A stretch of DNA of 64,000 nt from a virus (IMGVR_UViG_3300020138_000006:1-64000), one strand, 5' to 3'. Positions 27,069 to 37,628 are shown, counted from the first letter of the stretch. The notes: generated by a model not told the origin, from the letters alone. Translations and numbers: made by a program.

Positions 27069-30000
27069 GTGGCTGAGGCCGAGGACGTCTACAAGGTCAG
27101 CGCCGAGTACGACGGCAAGGGCGCGTTCGACCGGTTCGCCGCTGACCTCGAAGGCATCTCGACCGACGTCCAGAAGGCGCTCGAAGGACTGGTCCGCGCG
27201 GGCGCCCCCAAGGGCCGCATGGCCGAGATGGGCGGCGCCGCAGGCAAGGCCTACGCCGACGCTATCCGCACGGCGGTGACCAAGGGTCTGCAGTTCCTCG
27301 ACGACTCGGTCTTCGGGAGCTCCGTCGCGAGAGGGTCCGGGCTCAGCCGGTTCGAGGGTGGTGGGCGCGCCTTCCGGCAGATGGAGCAGGCGGCCAACCG
27401 CCTGAAGAACCAGACGCTCATGGACACCTGGGGGCGCCCCAACCAGGACCTGCAGCGCTATGTCGACAGGCTGCAGGAGGCCGAGCGCCGGACTCGGCAG
27501 ATCACGGCCGGGAACTACTCGCTCCTGGGCATGCAGGAGCGGCTGCAGCGGATCCCGACCTTCACCGAGCGCGAGACGCGGGCCCTGGCATCGGCCCCAC
27601 TGTCGGACCGGACGCGCGAGGCCCTGGCTCAGGCATCCGCGCACACGATTGCCCCAACGGCCTACGCCGCCCCTCCGCCCAGGCCGTTCACGCCAGACCT
27701 TTCCGGTCGAAATGCACCGGCGCAACTGTTCGTCCGGGCGATCAACGACGAGTCGAACACGGCACCCGCCAAGCAGAAGTTCATGGACGCGGCCAACCAG
27801 TTCGGCTTGACTGCGTCCGAGGCCCGGAAGACGGCGGCCGACTACGCGGAGCTCGGGAAGCAGATCCGTGCGGAGGCTGCCGCGCACAAGGCGCAGCAGG
27901 AGGCGCTGCAGCAGGCGCGTCGCGCAGACCTGGACGCACGCACGACGCGCAACTCCCGGTCGGTGCAGATTCGGCCCGGCACAGACTCCTGGCGGTCTTT
28001 CGACGACCCCGAGATGCTGGCGGCGGCTGCGGCCGGGCAGAGGGCGACCTTCGGTTCGTACGAGTCGAACTCTCCGGCGGACGTACGCCGCCTGCGCGCT
28101 GCGATCCAGGAGCTCGGCAAGCTCCCTGTCACGCTGGAGAGTCTTGGCCTGAAGTCAGGGGAGTCGGTTCGCCTCGGCAGTGGCACGGCGGCGCGCCAGC
28201 GGCAGAACTACTACCTCGGCAGCTATCGGGAGAACATCGAGGCCACCCGGCTGCGAGAGCTGGAGGAGATCAGGACTCGCGGACAGCTCCCCATCACGGC
28301 GAAGTCGCTGGGGATCGAGCCGGGGGAGTCGGTTCGGCTCAACTCGACGGTCGGCGAGCGCCAGCGGCAGAACTACTACCTCGGCAGCTATCGGGAGAAC
28401 ATCGAGGCCACGGCTCAGCGCGAGAAGGCCGAGCGCGCCGCCGCCGTATCCGCAGAGCGCGAGCAGCGCGCGGCCGAGAGGCGTGCCGCCCGCGAGGAGG
28501 CGGCTGCCCGAAAGGCGGAGGCTGCAGCCAACACCCCGCAGGCCAGGTCTCGTGCCGGCGGGTTCAAGGACCAGTTCCTGTACGGCTTCGGCGTCGGGGA
28601 CGACGAGCGGCCTTTCGGCGAGATGGTCGGCCAGACCGCTCGCATTTCGCTGTTCTACGGTGCCGCCTACCGAGGCCTCAGCCTGCTGCAGCAGGGGCTG
28701 GAAGGGGCCGTCCAGGAGACGCTCGCGTACGAGGACGCGCTGACTAACCTCAACGTCGTCACGGGCCGCGCGCGGTCTTCCAACGAGGGCCTCGCCACTG
28801 CGCTCGGCGACATCGCGACCGCTGCCGGGTTCAACCCGTCGCAAGGTGTTGAGCTCGGCGCACGGGCCATCGGCCTGTACGGCGTCGCCGACGCGAGCCG
28901 TGAAGACCAGGACCGGGCCCTCGATCTTGCCACCCGTGTCGCGACGCAGATGGCCCGGGTTTCGGGCGCGGACGCCACCCTCACGCAGACCCAGCTCGCA
29001 GGTGCGCTGCGCTCACTTGGGTGGGGCATCGAGCGACTGCCCGAGCTCCAGGACACCATCTCGTACATCTCGCGGCAGACCGGCCAGGCTCCCACCGAGC
29101 TTCTCGGCGCCGTCTCGAACATCGCGACCCTCGGTACGCAGGCGGGCTTCACGCCACAGATGCTCGCGGCCCTTGTGGCTCAGGTCGGCACGACAACCGG
29201 CCAGAACCCTGAGGCGACGGCTGGACAGTTCCGCCAGCTCCTGTCGCGCAACGCGTCGGAGATCGCCCCGAAGGCGTCCGACATCGTCGGGGTCGACCTG
29301 TCGGGCATGGACCTGCAGCAGATCTTCGCCACGGTCTCGCAGCTCTCCCTGTCGACTGACCAGCTCAACCGCTTCGCCTCGCTCTTCGGCAAGGGCGGGT
29401 CGCAGCAGGTTGCCACGATCCTGACGCAGCAGTACGGGACCGTGCAGTCCCTCGGCGCCCAGGCGCAGGACGCTCGCGGTTACGGGCAGGAGGCGTTCGA
29501 GCGGACGATGGACTCCATCGGCAACCGGCTCCGAGAGCTGGGCGCCCAGGTGGTCGGGTTCGGTGTCAAGCTCGTCGAGTCGGGTGTCGTCGACTGGATC
29601 GCCGCGATGGTCGTCGCGGCGCAGAACCTGGTCAACGCGGGCACGCGTGTGCTCGACCTCTTCAACGAACTCCCGCGCCCGATCCGGTCAATCGGCCTCG
29701 CGCTGGGCGAGCTCTATGCTACGGCTCTGCTGTGGCAGCGACTGTCCACGGGCAAGGCGGCGGGTGCACTGGCGTCCCCGTTCATGGCGCGCGCTTCGCA
29801 GGCGGTCATCGGGGCGGCGAACCTCGACTTCGGCAAGGTCGACTGGAAGAACCTGCCGAAGTCGATCGGCGACTCGGTCTCCCGCGCCACACGCCTGACG
29901 GGCGGTCGGGGAGCAGTCGTCGATCCGCGCATGAGCGCCAACCCGGTCCTCGGGGGGCTGCAGCGCCGCACTGGGCTCACGACCCTCGGCCTCGGAGTCG

Positions 30001-32405
30001 CGGCCGGGGCCGCTCTCTATGTCGCCGGGAGCGTCGGCTCGTCGTACAACACGAACCGGGAAGCCGCTCGCGCCATCGAGGAGAACCGGTCGGTCCTCGC
30101 GAGCGCTCAGGACGCGGCGAGCCTGCGCAATGCGGCGGCGCAAGCGCGGAACGCGGCTGACGAACTGCAGAAGCAGACGCTCTCTGGATTGGACGTCGGC
30201 GACTTCGGGTCCCTGCTCTCCTCGGCGTTCAACTCGATGACCCTCGGGTCCGACATCAGCGAGCTGAACAAGATCTCCGACAAGGCCAGCCAGGCCGCGG
30301 ACGAGCTCGACAAGGCGCGGCAGGGCGCCGCACTGTCTTCCGACCGCTACTTCGGCGGCGACTTCTCGGGTGAGGGTATCGCTGCGGGCATCCAGGCGAT
30401 GGCCGACTCCGGCATGACCGCCTCGCAGCAGATGGACGTCCTGCGCGGCGCTCTCGACCGAGTCGCATCGGGCGCAGAGAGCACCGCGGACGCCGTCGCG
30501 GTGCTCTCTTCTGCTCAGGTTCCCTACGCGTCGCGTCTCCTCGCGCGCGGAGTGAGCTCTGCCGTCGACGAGGCGAGCCAGTTCGCCGGGACTCGCGCTG
30601 ACGCGCTCCAGGACGCGGCGAACGTGTACTTCCCCGAGAACCCGTTCGAGCACGGCGACGACAAGTTCCGTGACTCGCAGAAGCTGCTGAACCTCAGCGC
30701 GGACGCCCAGACCGCCCTGACTGACCAGCTCAACGGCGTCTTCGCCGATCTCCTCCCGACGCTCCTGAGTGACGGCGTCATCGACGACGACGAGCTCGCT
30801 CAGATCCGGAAGGAGGCGGTGGTCGAGGCCTCGCGGAACATCCCGGACCTGGGGTCTCTCGACCCCGAGACGGCCGAAGCGTTCCGCACGATGATCTACT
30901 CGCGGATCGCCGGGGTTCTGCGCCAGTTCTCGCCCGAGGCCGTCGCGACCGACCCCGCCGCGTTCGTGCAGACGTCCCTGGCGAGCGCTGAGGCGACAGC
31001 AGGCGCCCAGGCCCTCTTCGGCGGTTCTGCCGTCGGGGTTGCGACGAACAGGCTGTCCACCCTGCGGCGAGACCGCCAGACCCTCGTCAACCAGATCGCG
31101 ACCTCCGGTACTCCGATCACCGGGGACCAGATCAACGCCCTGCGGGAGTTCGACAACGCGATCCGCGAGAGTGTGAACAACCTCGTCGACGCACGGATCG
31201 CGCGCGTCGACCAGCTTCTTGCGGTGACGCAGTCCAGCCTCGCGACCGACGACATCACGGGTCGTCTGCAGGCTGAGCGTGACGCCATCGTCCAGAAGCT
31301 CGACATCGCGCGCGAGCAGTCGAACAAGGACGCGGCAGCGGCGGCGTCTGCCGCGATGGGGCATGCGGAGTGGACCCCGGTCGACTCGTCCGTGCAGGAC
31401 GCGCAGATCGCAGCCTTCGCCAACAACGAGCGGGCGATGGCGCAGAACGCGCTCACCACCCGCCAGTCGCAGCGGCTGTCGGGCGTGTGGGGGGGCGATG
31501 CGATCGGCCAGGCCGCCGCGCAGATCGCCAACGCACAGGACGCGCTCTCGCACGCGACTTCCGGTGAGTCTGCGTGGTGGGACGCGAAGGGCGCCCTGAA
31601 CCAGGCTCAGTACGCCTACACCCAGGCTGTCGTCAGCCGCCAGAACGCGGAGGCTTCGGCGGCCGTCGCCGGCAACCGCTCGGAGCTCGTGCAGGCGCAG
31701 GTCTCGATCGCGAACGCGCAGCGCACTCTGGCGGCTCAGCGGGCAGGGACTGAGCCCTACTACAACGCCCTGGCCCAGCTACGGGAGGCTCAGGCCAGCC
31801 TGGCGACGGCAGAACTCGCCCAGAGTGACCGGCTGAAGCGGCTCAACTCGGACCTGACGGACCCTGTCGAGCAGGCGCTGCTCGACGTCAAGCGGGCCCA
31901 GGCGCAGCTCCAGCAGGACAGCCGCTCGGGCCAGGGAGCGGACATCATCGCGCAGGACCGCCTCGACCTGCAGGGCGCCGAGAACCAGGCCGAGGCCGCG
32001 GCGTTCAACCAGCGGATCTCCGACCTGCAGACGAACGAGCAGCTCGGTCGCATCACGCAGACCGCCTACATGAGCTACCTGCAGTCTGAGCACGACCGCC
32101 TGTCTGCCATCGCGGACCGGACGCGCCAGCAGCAGGAGCAGCTCAACCAGGTCGACCAGCTGATGAAGGCGGCGGCTGACCAGATCCAGGGTCAGTGGAA
32201 CATCGGCAACATCGAGCTGCCGACGATTTACGAGGTCCGTCGCGCGATGCAGTCGGGTGCTCCGACGTCGGTCAACGACTACTCGAACTCGAACAACACG
32301 GTCACCGTCAACGGCGCCGACTTCCAGGCGGTCGTGGAGTGGCTGCAGCAGGCGCTCGGCACCGGCGCTCGTGTGGTGACACCTACCTCGACCCGGAGGG
32401 TGTAG
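27069..32405 (+). CDS. Tape measure protein
   Basis: 1778 aa, Ala-rich and helical, downstream of the tail chaperones. Confidence 0.92.
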   Translation: MAEAEDVYKVSAEYDGKGAFDRFAADLEGISTDVQKALEGLVRAGAPKGRMAEMGGAAGKAYADAIRTAVTKGLQFLDDSVFGSSVARGSGLSRFEGGGRAFRQMEQAANRLKNQTLMDTWGRPNQDLQRYVDRLQEAERRTRQITAGNYSLLGMQERLQRIPTFTERETRALASAPLSDRTREALAQASAHTIAPTAYAAPPPRPFTPDLSGRNAPAQLFVRAINDESNTAPAKQKFMDAANQFGLTASEARKTAADYAELGKQIRAEAAAHKAQQEALQQARRADLDARTTRNSRSVQIRPGTDSWRSFDDPEMLAAAAAGQRATFGSYESNSPADVRRLRAAIQELGKLPVTLESLGLKSGESVRLGSGTAARQRQNYYLGSYRENIEATRLRELEEIRTRGQLPITAKSLGIEPGESVRLNSTVGERQRQNYYLGSYRENIEATAQREKAERAAAVSAEREQRAAERRAAREEAAARKAEAAANTPQARSRAGGFKDQFLYGFGVGDDERPFGEMVGQTARISLFYGAAYRGLSLLQQGLEGAVQETLAYEDALTNLNVVTGRARSSNEGLATALGDIATAAGFNPSQGVELGARAIGLYGVADASREDQDRALDLATRVATQMARVSGADATLTQTQLAGALRSLGWGIERLPELQDTISYISRQTGQAPTELLGAVSNIATLGTQAGFTPQMLAALVAQVGTTTGQNPEATAGQFRQLLSRNASEIAPKASDIVGVDLSGMDLQQIFATVSQLSLSTDQLNRFASLFGKGGSQQVATILTQQYGTVQSLGAQAQDARGYGQEAFERTMDSIGNRLRELGAQVVGFGVKLVESGVVDWIAAMVVAAQNLVNAGTRVLDLFNELPRPIRSIGLALGELYATALLWQRLSTGKAAGALASPFMARASQAVIGAANLDFGKVDWKNLPKSIGDSVSRATRLTGGRGAVVDPRMSANPVLGGLQRRTGLTTLGLGVAAGAALYVAGSVGSSYNTNREAARAIEENRSVLASAQDAASLRNAAAQARNAADELQKQTLSGLDVGDFGSLLSSAFNSMTLGSDISELNKISDKASQAADELDKARQGAALSSDRYFGGDFSGEGIAAGIQAMADSGMTASQQMDVLRGALDRVASGAESTADAVAVLSSAQVPYASRLLARGVSSAVDEASQFAGTRADALQDAANVYFPENPFEHGDDKFRDSQKLLNLSADAQTALTDQLNGVFADLLPTLLSDGVIDDDELAQIRKEAVVEASRNIPDLGSLDPETAEAFRTMIYSRIAGVLRQFSPEAVATDPAAFVQTSLASAEATAGAQALFGGSAVGVATNRLSTLRRDRQTLVNQIATSGTPITGDQINALREFDNAIRESVNNLVDARIARVDQLLAVTQSSLATDDITGRLQAERDAIVQKLDIAREQSNKDAAAAASAAMGHAEWTPVDSSVQDAQIAAFANNERAMAQNALTTRQSQRLSGVWGGDAIGQAAAQIANAQDALSHATSGESAWWDAKGALNQAQYAYTQAVVSRQNAEASAAVAGNRSELVQAQVSIANAQRTLAAQRAGTEPYYNALAQLREAQASLATAELAQSDRLKRLNSDLTDPVEQALLDVKRAQAQLQQDSRSGQGADIIAQDRLDLQGAENQAEAAAFNQRISDLQTNEQLGRITQTAYMSYLQSEHDRLSAIADRTRQQQEQLNQVDQLMKAAADQIQGQWNIGNIELPTIYEVRRAMQSGAPTSVNDYSNSNNTVTVNGADFQAVVEWLQQALGTGARVVTPTSTRRV
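28193..28411 (+). repeat. 54-bp exact direct repeat within the tape measure gene
   Basis: 28193-28246 equals 28358-28411 (RQRQNYYLGSYRENIEAT); 165-bp period. Confidence 0.85.
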
Positions 32406-32839
32406 TGGCAGTCCTGAAGTGGAAGATCGTGGACCCGTCGGACGCGAACCCGGCGACCAACACGTACAACTTCATGTGGAACCCGAGCGAGATGTCGTCT
32501 CCGTTCCCCGAGCGGTCGGTGACCGTCTCGTCGGCCGTCGCGCCTGACGGGCAGTCGGTTCTCTGGGAGGGCGCAACTCAGCCCGTGCAGTTCACCTTCC
32601 GGGGCACGACCCCGAACGCTACGCAGTACGAGGCGCTGCGCGAGTGGGTGTACGAGCGTCGGGGGCGCATGTACCTGTACGACCACTTCGGACGCCGGAT
32701 GCTCGTGGTGTTCAAGAAGTTCGACCCGACGCCGGGGGCGAAGGCCAGGCCGGGGCGGTACTGGTACCACAGCTACACGGTCACCGCGCTCGTGCTCGCG
32801 ATCACAGCGCCCACCGTCGGAGACGGGGGTTACGCCTGA
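32405..32839 (+). CDS. Distal tail / minor tail protein
   Basis: YNFMWNPSEMS motif; directly follows the tape measure gene. Confidence 0.7.
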   Translation: MAVLKWKIVDPSDANPATNTYNFMWNPSEMSSPFPERSVTVSSAVAPDGQSVLWEGATQPVQFTFRGTTPNATQYEALREWVYERRGRMYLYDHFGRRMLVVFKKFDPTPGAKARPGRYWYHSYTVTALVLAITAPTVGDGGYA

Positions 32840-35142
32840 TGCGCCGCGTTCCTGAGCACTTCGAGAAGCTCTGGCAGGCCGGTGACTTCTCAGGGCCCAA
32901 CAAGGCCACGCGTCGCGTCACGATCCAGCGACCGCTGATGCGGCTCGACTCGTTCGAGCTGATGACGACCTACCGTCGTGTGTCCGCGGTCTACGGCGCC
33001 GTGCCGTCGTCGAACCCGTACCCGTCGGGCATCGATCCCACCAAGGGCGAGCGCGTGACGCAGACGTACGCGGACTACCTGTTCACCGCCCCCGGGGCCC
33101 CGATGGAACTCCCGAACGTGTCGAGCATCTCGTGGACCCGCTCTGTCGACGTCGACACCGCTCAGGCGACCATCGAGTTCTGGAACAACCAGCCACTCCC
33201 GGTCGGCCAGCGCCCGAAGAACGGCGAGCTCGATCAGCCCGGCTACTTCTCTCCCGGTCGTGGCACTTCGCCGTTCTCGTCACGCTGGGACCACAAGCCG
33301 AACGACTGGACCGGTCTCCTCATGCCGGACAACATCCTGCGCACCTACGAGGGGTGGGGGAGCGACAACCCGGAGAGCGCCGGCATTGGCGGGGACGGCT
33401 ACGTGCCGCCCGAGAAGGACTCGCGACTCGTCCTTACTGGTGTGTGGATCATCGACAGCGTCGAGATGACCGCACTCGGCAGCGTCGTCGTCACGGCGCG
33501 CGATCCGGGCAGGCTCCTGCTCGACCACTCCGCGATGATCCCTGTCATTCCTGACGACTTCTACCCGGTCACGTTCAAGGACTGGGGTGACAAGGTCACC
33601 GTTCTGTCGAAGCGCCAGGAGGACTACCGAGCCACCCAGGTCGACCGTGTGAACGCGACGCACCGGGGCTCCGGCAACGACCTGTGGCCCGAGAGTGCCT
33701 ACACAGGAGCGAAGGTTTACGGGCACTCCAGCACTCATGCCCTGGATGGGAAGCAGCAGACCTACTACCTGTCGGTCGGCAACCCGAGCCCGGGGTACCG
33801 GTCGGCCTACGAGTACGTCGACGTCAATGTCGACGCGACGATCAGCGAGGTGCGCTTCACGACCGTCAAGTCTGGGTACAACGCGTACGTCTCGATCAAG
33901 ACGCGCGACGGCTGGGTCAACGGCAAGACGATGCCTTACCGCCGGGACGGTCGCGGTCGGTACGAGGAGGGCGTCCCGTACGTTGCGTCGAAGGGCGGCC
34001 TGAAGGGCGAGGGTACCCACACGATCAGCTTCAAGCCGGTCGAGCGGGCGACGATGGTGCGCCTGTGGCTCGGCAACCTGCCGAACTTCGGGCTCCCCGG
34101 GGCGAAGTACCGCGCCGGGATCCGGGAGATCCAGGTCTGGGGTCCGCGTGCAGTCACGCGCAAGCGTACGGTGGTCGACTCGAACCAGGTCGGACTGACG
34201 CCGGGCCCTGCAGGATCGAACCCGGGCCGCTGTCAGGACTACACCGATATCGTCAAGCTCTTCTGCGCCTGGGCCGGTCTGTACTGGCCGCAGGGTGGCT
34301 ACGAGGCCATGTCGGACGGCTCCATCCGTGCCCTGTCCCCGAAGAAGCCCGACAGGGTCCTCGGGGCGGGGGTGCAGGGTCGTGTGTGGGGCGACTTCCA
34401 GGCGACGGGGACCGCTCCGGTCGCGGAGATCGTCGCGAGCGCCTTCGACAAGAAGACACTCATGGACGGCGTCCGGTACGTCGCAGACATCCTCGGCTTC
34501 GGGTTCTGGTTCGACGAGACGGGCGCCGCTCAGTGGCGACTGCCCAACATCTGGGGCCGTGGGAACTGGATCAACGGGACGGCGAGCAGCCCGGGTCGTA
34601 CGAACGAGGTCGTGACGATCGACGAGCGCAAGACGATCATCGGCCTGAGCGCGACGATCCAGTCGGCGAACGTGCGCGAGGGCGTGTTCGTCGCCAACCC
34701 GGTCGGCAAGTTCGCCGCGATGGTCCCCGGGTACAACCCGAACCCCACCGGGCTGCGCCGGGTCGGCGGCTGGACGGACCAGCACTTCGAGAGCGTCGAC
34801 GAGGCCCGCGTCATGGCAGACCTCGTCACGGTGCGCCAACTTTTCCGCTACCGCCAAGATCGCATCACGATCCCAGCGCACCCGGCGATCCAGATCGACG
34901 ACCAGGTGCGCATCTTCGAGCGTGTCACGTCGGAGGGGTACTACCACTACGTGCAGGGCATCTCGTCACAGAACGATGCCCAGAACGGACAGTGGACCTA
35001 CACCCTGCAGACCCACTGGTTGGGTGACGACCCGAACGGGAAGTGGGCATTCGACAAGTCCGCACTGTCCTCCGTGACGATCGCGCATGTCGATGCGCTA
35101 CAGGGAGGAACCGAGTACGTCCGGGCGGGGCTGGAGGGGTGA
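32839..35142 (+). CDS. Tail tip/baseplate hub protein with a discoidin-like insert
   Basis: WTRSVDVDTAQATIEF, VVVTARDPGRLLLD and IQIDDQVRIFE hub motifs; internal HALDGKQQTYYLS..IREIQVW. Confidence 0.7.
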   Translation: MRRVPEHFEKLWQAGDFSGPNKATRRVTIQRPLMRLDSFELMTTYRRVSAVYGAVPSSNPYPSGIDPTKGERVTQTYADYLFTAPGAPMELPNVSSISWTRSVDVDTAQATIEFWNNQPLPVGQRPKNGELDQPGYFSPGRGTSPFSSRWDHKPNDWTGLLMPDNILRTYEGWGSDNPESAGIGGDGYVPPEKDSRLVLTGVWIIDSVEMTALGSVVVTARDPGRLLLDHSAMIPVIPDDFYPVTFKDWGDKVTVLSKRQEDYRATQVDRVNATHRGSGNDLWPESAYTGAKVYGHSSTHALDGKQQTYYLSVGNPSPGYRSAYEYVDVNVDATISEVRFTTVKSGYNAYVSIKTRDGWVNGKTMPYRRDGRGRYEEGVPYVASKGGLKGEGTHTISFKPVERATMVRLWLGNLPNFGLPGAKYRAGIREIQVWGPRAVTRKRTVVDSNQVGLTPGPAGSNPGRCQDYTDIVKLFCAWAGLYWPQGGYEAMSDGSIRALSPKKPDRVLGAGVQGRVWGDFQATGTAPVAEIVASAFDKKTLMDGVRYVADILGFGFWFDETGAAQWRLPNIWGRGNWINGTASSPGRTNEVVTIDERKTIIGLSATIQSANVREGVFVANPVGKFAAMVPGYNPNPTGLRRVGGWTDQHFESVDEARVMADLVTVRQLFRYRQDRITIPAHPAIQIDDQVRIFERVTSEGYYHYVQGISSQNDAQNGQWTYTLQTHWLGDDPNGKWAFDKSALSSVTIAHVDALQGGTEYVRAGLEG

Positions 35143-35612
35143 TGGCGGCAACCTTCTTCGAGCTCATCGTCGCGGAGCAGGGGCGCAACGCGCAGCGCGA
35201 GACCTCGCGCGAGAATGCCGGTCGGCTGGCCTACTCGATCCACAAGCAGGACTCCAAGGGGGTCGGCTACTTCCAGGTGCAGAAGCCCATCCCGTTCGAT
35301 GTGGCCTTCACCGAGGAGCCCGTCATGTTCACGGGTGCGGCGATCATCGATCCCGTCCCGGCTGGCTGGTACCCGCCCGCCGCAGGCGCGTCGGTCTGGC
35401 AGTGGCAGCGCAACCCGAAGGGCAACTACACGGGCGCCTGGGTGGCGTTGTGGGTCCGGATGGAGCCCGCCGACGCGGTCTCGCCGACTCCGCCGCCGAT
35501 CCGGATCCAGCACCACCTCATGTTCATGGGCGACGCTTACAAGGATCTCGGTAACGAGGTCTCCACGGATGCCCAGCTGCTCAGCCCGCGCCGGGCCGGA
35601 TTCGGGAGTTGA
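35142..35612 (+). CDS. Minor tail protein
   Basis: Operon-consistent; PIPFDVAFTEEP. Confidence 0.65.
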   Translation: MAATFFELIVAEQGRNAQRETSRENAGRLAYSIHKQDSKGVGYFQVQKPIPFDVAFTEEPVMFTGAAIIDPVPAGWYPPAAGASVWQWQRNPKGNYTGAWVALWVRMEPADAVSPTPPPIRIQHHLMFMGDAYKDLGNEVSTDAQLLSPRRAGFGS

Positions 35613-35613
35613 C

Positions 35614-36816
35614 ATGGCAGGACTGACCTCGCGCTTCCGGTTCAACAAGTTCGGCGGCGGTACGCCCGGGACGATCGCGGACAATGCCCAGAAGTTCACT
35701 GGCGCCGACCGCGACGCGATCGACCGCTTGCTCGCCCAGACGGAGCGCCACGACCATCATCTGCGCGCACCGAGCGCGACGCTCGCTACGGCACCGACCG
35801 CAGAGCTCGCTTCGGACGATGGCGTCCTGGTCGGTGGGGAGACCTACTACTACCGGTTCTCTGTCGTTGGTTCCGACGGTACGGAGACGGTCGCCTCGCC
35901 GGAGGTTGCCGTCGCCACCCCGGAGCCGCTGGTCGCTCCGGGCATTCCGGAGCTCTGGGTCGACAGCGTGAGCGCCGAGGGCGATCTGGCGGGGATCTAC
36001 TACTACGCCCTGACGGCACTGCGGGGGGCTGAGGAGTCGATCCTGGGCCCGCTCGGCACCATCTCGGTCGTGGCGCCGGACGGAGCGGTGACCATCGGGC
36101 TCCCGGACTTCGGCGAGGCGGACGGTCTGCGCATCTGGCGCATGGGCATGAACGACCCGGGGTGGACTCGGGTCACCACGATCAACGCCGACGACGGAGT
36201 GACAGAGTTCGTCGACGACGGATCCGTCCCGCCCGACCCGTGTGCGTGCGATCCGGCGAATCTGCCCCCGACGGGGTTCAACAACGGCGTCGCGGTGTAC
36301 CGCATCGAGGTGACCCTCCCTGAGGATGTCGACCTCAGCACCGCGTCCGCATGGCGCCTCTACCGGTCGACGGTCTCCGGTCAGTACGCGACTGCGAGTC
36401 TCGTCCACGAGGTCGTGGAGACCCAGGACGAGTGGGACGAGGAGTCGCCCCTCATGCGGTCCTGGAGTGACGTCGGTGACCCGCTGGTCGACGGCAGCCC
36501 CCTGGACTTCGAGGCCAACATGGCTTTCGCCCCGTACGTGTTCGACGGTGGCGCTGAGCTCCCGGACCCGAACGGCTACCCCGAGCGGTACCCGTTCCTG
36601 CTCGGCAACGAGCTCTGCGCCCTCGTCGACGGACAGTGGGCCCTCGTGGCGGGCGGAGGCGGAGGGTCGAGCGCTGCGATCCCGGGGCCGACCATCCTGA
36701 CCAGCCCCAGTGGCGACCGGTTCGTGCTCACTGTCGACGACCTCGGCGCACTTGCCGCCACGCCGACCCTGCTTCCTGGCCCGCCGACCGCTCCGCAGAA
36801 TGTGACGGTGTCCTGA
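35614..36816 (+). CDS. Minor tail protein with FN3-like beta domains
   Basis: ETYYYRFSVVGSDGTET and YYYALTALRGAEES; ends PTAPQNVTVS. Confidence 0.7.
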   Translation: MAGLTSRFRFNKFGGGTPGTIADNAQKFTGADRDAIDRLLAQTERHDHHLRAPSATLATAPTAELASDDGVLVGGETYYYRFSVVGSDGTETVASPEVAVATPEPLVAPGIPELWVDSVSAEGDLAGIYYYALTALRGAEESILGPLGTISVVAPDGAVTIGLPDFGEADGLRIWRMGMNDPGWTRVTTINADDGVTEFVDDGSVPPDPCACDPANLPPTGFNNGVAVYRIEVTLPEDVDLSTASAWRLYRSTVSGQYATASLVHEVVETQDEWDEESPLMRSWSDVGDPLVDGSPLDFEANMAFAPYVFDGGAELPDPNGYPERYPFLLGNELCALVDGQWALVAGGGGGSSAAIPGPTILTSPSGDRFVLTVDDLGALAATPTLLPGPPTAPQNVTVS

Positions 36817-37628
36817 TGGCTCTGCCTGAGATCGCGTACGACGTCGACATCGCCAACATCGAGGCCGACGACGAGGACGTGCTCGCGACGTTCACCTTGG
36901 ACGGGGGCGAGTGGACTGCGGCGAGCACCACGACATACCGCCTCGATGACGCCGGCCGCGCATACCTGGAGGTCGCAGAGCAGGGGCCCTTCACCTCGGT
37001 GTCTTTCGATGCGACCTACCCGGTGACGTGGGTGGTCGTCGGGACGTTCGACGTGCCGGACACCCTGTACACCTCCACCGGCCAGAACATGGCCGCCGTC
37101 TCCGGGTACATCAACGGTGTCGAGGACGGCATGGAGTGCACCTTCAACGGCGTCGCGGTGACCTCGCTCTTCGAGCGCGACTCGAAGGCTGTTCTGATCT
37201 GGACGGCCGATGGGGACACGAACGCGGCACGCGCCTATGTCAACGGGGCGCTCGTCTCGGAGACCACCCTCAGCCCTTACCTCGGCGCGCCGACTCCTAC
37301 GGTCCTGCCGGGATACTCGAAGATCTACCGGGCCTTCGCACTGGACCACACGGTCGACCAGACGGAGGTCGACTCGCTGGTCGCCGAGCTACAGGACCTG
37401 TACTTCCTGGAGGACCGCACGGTGTCCTGGGAGGCCCCGGCCGCGACCTCCTCGCCCCTGACCGGGTACCTGGTCCGCTTCGTGGAGTCGGGTGTCGTCA
37501 CCGACCACGAGGTCGCGCCGACCGAGACCGATGTGGTCGTGCGGTACGGCGGAGGGGACGCAGTGGTGGCGGTGTTCGCCAAGAGTGCGGCCGGGATCTC
37601 AGCGCCCGCAGAGACGACGCTGCCGTGA
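36816..37628 (+). CDS. Minor tail protein, LamG-like plus C-terminal FN3 remainder
   Basis: ARAYVNGALV..IYRAFALDHTVDQTEV (LamG-like), then TVSWEAPA..LTGYLV..VFAKSAAGISAP. Confidence 0.65.
   Translation: MALPEIAYDVDIANIEADDEDVLATFTLDGGEWTAASTTTYRLDDAGRAYLEVAEQGPFTSVSFDATYPVTWVVVGTFDVPDTLYTSTGQNMAAVSGYINGVEDGMECTFNGVAVTSLFERDSKAVLIWTADGDTNAARAYVNGALVSETTLSPYLGAPTPTVLPGYSKIYRAFALDHTVDQTEVDSLVAELQDLYFLEDRTVSWEAPAATSSPLTGYLVRFVESGVVTDHEVAPTETDVVVRYGGGDAVVAVFAKSAAGISAPAETTLP

Noticed and set aside
28193-28411. DGR template/variable repeat pair
   Set aside because: Copies are identical, with no adenine-specific mismatches, both lie in one ORF, and no reverse transcriptase is in the window
29688-31553. 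Long minus-strand ORFs opposite the tape measure and other structural genes (also 14004-15392, 24348-25751, 33280-34947)
   Set aside because: Shadow frames caused by high-GC codon bias; no protein motifs
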